A DNA stretch of 36,638 nt from a bacterium. GTDB taxonomy: Bacteria > Patescibacteriota > Minisyncoccia > UBA6257 > GWB1-50-10. Numbering within the stretch: position 1 is the stretch's first letter; each line of letters begins with the position of its first letter. Under the pieces are notes generated by a model, which was not told where the DNA came from, did no database searches, and saw only the letters and a program-made list of their open reading frames with translations. Position numbers and translations under genes: made by a program. The stretch is taken from the NCBI GenBank assembly GCA_021825465.1, contig JAKAGX010000002.1:1-36638 (forward strand). The letters are read 5' to 3'. Positions 34,288 through 36,638 of this stretch are shown here, piece after piece.

Positions 34288-36638
34288 AAGAATTACTCCT
34301 TATCGACGCCAACTCGCTGATCCACCGGGCATTTCACGCCCTTCCTCCGCTCACGTCGGACAGCGGTGCGCCATCGGGCGCGCTGTACGGGCTTTCCAGT
34401 ATTCTCCTGAAGACCCTCAAGGAGCAAAAACCGGACTATGTTGCGGCGGCATTTGATCGCCCCGAACCGACATTCAGGAAAGAAATGTTCGACGATTATA
34501 AAGGGACGAGACCGAAGGCGCCCGACGAACTCATATCCCAAATCATCGAAGCGAGGAAACTTTTCGAAACATTCGGAATAAGAACGTTCGAAAAGGCCGG
34601 CTTTGAAGCCGATGACATCATTGGAACTCTCGCCCGCCGGTTCGGAGCACATGAAGGACTTTCGGTCCGGATATTGACCGGCGACCTCGACACCCTTCAA
34701 TTGGTGCAAGGGAAAAAAGTGGTGGTCGAGATCCTCAAAAAAGGCGTCAGCGAGACCATTGTCTATGACGAGGGGGCTGTCCAGGAACGGTACGGCCTGA
34801 AGCCGGAATTTTTAGTCGATTACAAAGGCCTGGTCGGAGACAAATCGGACAACATCCCCGGCGTAAAAAATGTCGGACCAAAAACAGCGGAAAGGCTCCT
34901 TTTAAAATACGGCAGGCTCGAAGACGTCTTTTCGGCCAAAGCAAAAGACGATCCCGCCGCCCAAAAACTTCTCCCCTTCAAGAAAACGGCGTTCCTCTCA
35001 AAAGAACTCGCAACGATAAACGACCGTGTCCCGATTACGGCGGAACTATCGGACCTTACATTCGAATCTCTGCCAGTGGAAGATTTAAGAAACTACTTCC
35101 TTGCGTGGAATTTCGGGAGCCTTTCAAAACGCTTGGAGGGAAATCCCCTTCGGGAAAAAGAAAATCAAAACGGAACGGCGGACAGAGAAACGCTGAACGC
35201 GCTTTTTTTGTCTTCGTCGGCGGATTTGAACGAGACGACGCTCCAAACAAAAAATTTCGAGGTGGCTTGGGAATGGAAGCCGATCATAAAAGAGCTTCTT
35301 CAAGCCAAGAGAGGGGCTCCTCCGAACATTTTCGACATCTCAATCGCCTACTGGCTTCTCCACCCCGACACGGGCAAGATCTCAAAAGAGGAGGTTGCAA
35401 AAGAACTCCTCGGCAAGGACCGCACGGACGACTCCGACTGGCGGAATATCTTCGCCCTCCTTAAGGAAAAGGTCAAAAAGAACGGCCTTGAAAGGATTTT
35501 TTATGAAATCGAGATGCCGACCGTCGGAATCCTCGCAAAAATGGAGCTCGCGGGGATAAAAATAGACACCGCTTCGGCCCAGGACGTACTCGGCAACCTC
35601 GAGGGGGAGCTTAAAAAACTTGTCGAAGGAATTTACCGTGAGGCCGGCATTCCCTTTAACATCAATTCCCCGCGCGAAGTTTCCGGAATAGTTTTTGAAA
35701 AACTGGGGCTGCCGCCAGCAAAAAGGAAGAGGACCAAATCGGGGATCTTTTCGACGTCGTCCGAAATGATGTCTCATCTTCGGGGAACGAGGATCGTCGA
35801 TCTCATTTTAAGCTACCGGGAAGCGTTCAAAATGAAGTCGACCTACCTTGAGCCGATCATCCACATGACGGACGCCGACGGAAGGCTCCGAACGACCTTT
35901 CTGCAAACCGGCACAGCGACCGGAAGGATTGCTTCGGAAAAACCGAATCTCCAGAATATCCCCCAAGAATCCCTGTGGTCTGAAAAAATACGAAATGTAT
36001 TCGTGGCCGAAGAAGGGTGGAGTTTTGCCTCCTTTGATTATTCTCAGCTTGAGTTGCGGCTTTTGGCGCACGTTTCAAAGGACGCAAACCTCAAGGAGGC
36101 TTTTGCACGCGGGCAAGACATTCACGCCATGACCGCAGCGGAAGTCTTCGGAGTCCGCCCGGAATTGGTCACAAAAGAAGAGCGTCGAATCGGAAAAACA
36201 CTGAACTTCGGCGTCGTCTACGGCATGGGTCCCCGGGCATTCAGTGCGACATCCGACACAAGTCTCGTTGAAGCAGAGAAATTCATCGCAACATACTTCG
36301 AAAAATTTCCAGCCGTCCGCGCATGGCAAGAGGAAATTAAAAGATCGGTTGCCAAAGAAGGGTTTGTCCAGAACATCAACGGCCGGAAGCGGTGGTTCCC
36401 CGAACCGGCAAATAAAAGAATAGCCTCCGAGAACGAGCGGGCAGCCGTCAATATGACCATTCAAAGTCTCGGCGCGGATATTTTAAAGCAAGCCATGATC
36501 GCTTCCTCGAAGCTTATCAACGCATCGGAAAAGCTCCGGGGAAAGATAAGGATGCTCCTTACCATTCACGATGAATTGCTCTTTGAAATCCGCGATGATA
36601 TTCTAAAAGAAACCACAGCAAGCATCGCGGGCATTATG
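34284..36638 (+). CDS. polA: DNA polymerase I (3' end outside window)
   Basis: Manual translation from ATG 34284: LLIDANSLIHRAFHALP, GDKSDNIPGV, DYSQLELR and HDELLFE all in one frame. Missing from the ORF track because no stop occurs in the window. Confidence 0.95.
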   Translation, partial: MKELLLIDANSLIHRAFHALPPLTSDSGAPSGALYGLSSILLKTLKEQKPDYVAAAFDRPEPTFRKEMFDDYKGTRPKAPDELISQIIEARKLFETFGIRTFEKAGFEADDIIGTLARRFGAHEGLSVRILTGDLDTLQLVQGKKVVVEILKKGVSETIVYDEGAVQERYGLKPEFLVDYKGLVGDKSDNIPGVKNVGPKTAERLLLKYGRLEDVFSAKAKDDPAAQKLLPFKKTAFLSKELATINDRVPITAELSDLTFESLPVEDLRNYFLAWNFGSLSKRLEGNPLREKENQNGTADRETLNALFLSSSADLNETTLQTKNFEVAWEWKPIIKELLQAKRGAPPNIFDISIAYWLLHPDTGKISKEEVAKELLGKDRTDDSDWRNIFALLKEKVKKNGLERIFYEIEMPTVGILAKMELAGIKIDTASAQDVLGNLEGELKKLVEGIYREAGIPFNINSPREVSGIVFEKLGLPPAKRKRTKSGIFSTSSEMMSHLRGTRIVDLILSYREAFKMKSTYLEPIIHMTDADGRLRTTFLQTGTATGRIASEKPNLQNIPQESLWSEKIRNVFVAEEGWSFASFDYSQLELRLLAHVSKDANLKEAFARGQDIHAMTAAEVFGVRPELVTKEERRIGKTLNFGVVYGMGPRAFSATSDTSLVEAEKFIATYFEKFPAVRAWQEEIKRSVAKEGFVQNINGRKRWFPEPANKRIASENERAAVNMTIQSLGADILKQAMIASSKLINASEKLRGKIRMLLTIHDELLFEIRDDILKETTASIAGIM

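Noticed and set aside
34293..36464. Many short ORFs suggesting a fragmented or pseudogene region
   Set aside because: polA motifs from start to end lie in a single + frame from 34284; the track omits it only because it has no stop in the window.

Overview
Compact housekeeping region (~50% GC, TGA used as stop). Gene content and style fit a Patescibacteria/CPR (Parcubacteria-like) genome; this is inference, not a phylogenetic result. Genes: ECF sigma factor with a putative anti-sigma (partial), secG cluster with a lone family-5 solute-binding protein, PGI/PMI, rnj, trpS, ileS, argS, smpB, infC-rpmI-rplT, Nudix, half-MFS, a membrane-anchored Clp-like ATPase, murB, a phosphohexomutase, an O-antigen-ligase-like protein, LOG, a beta-CASP RNase, a murE-like ligase, ruvA, rpsT, holA, a PilB/GspE ATPase, ruvB, tsaE and polA (partial). 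RNA genes: tRNA-Gly(TCC), tRNA-Leu(CAG), tRNA-Arg(CCG) and tmRNA. I found no transposase, integrase or CRISPR array. The most unusual layer is a set of small palindromic elements. One family has a copy translated in frame at the N-terminus of IleRS and a second copy just ahead of tmRNA. Another element sits in the 5' end of tRNA-Leu and rebuilds it. Two tRNAs carry anti-T-loop sequences plus duplicated 3' ends. Also present: a candidate ncRNA with its own promoter and terminator (32.56-32.78 kb), a CDS whose stop codon lies inside tRNA-Arg, an IleRS with a GIHH motif and an inserted histidine-phosphatase domain, and many apparently leaderless genes including infC with an ATC start.
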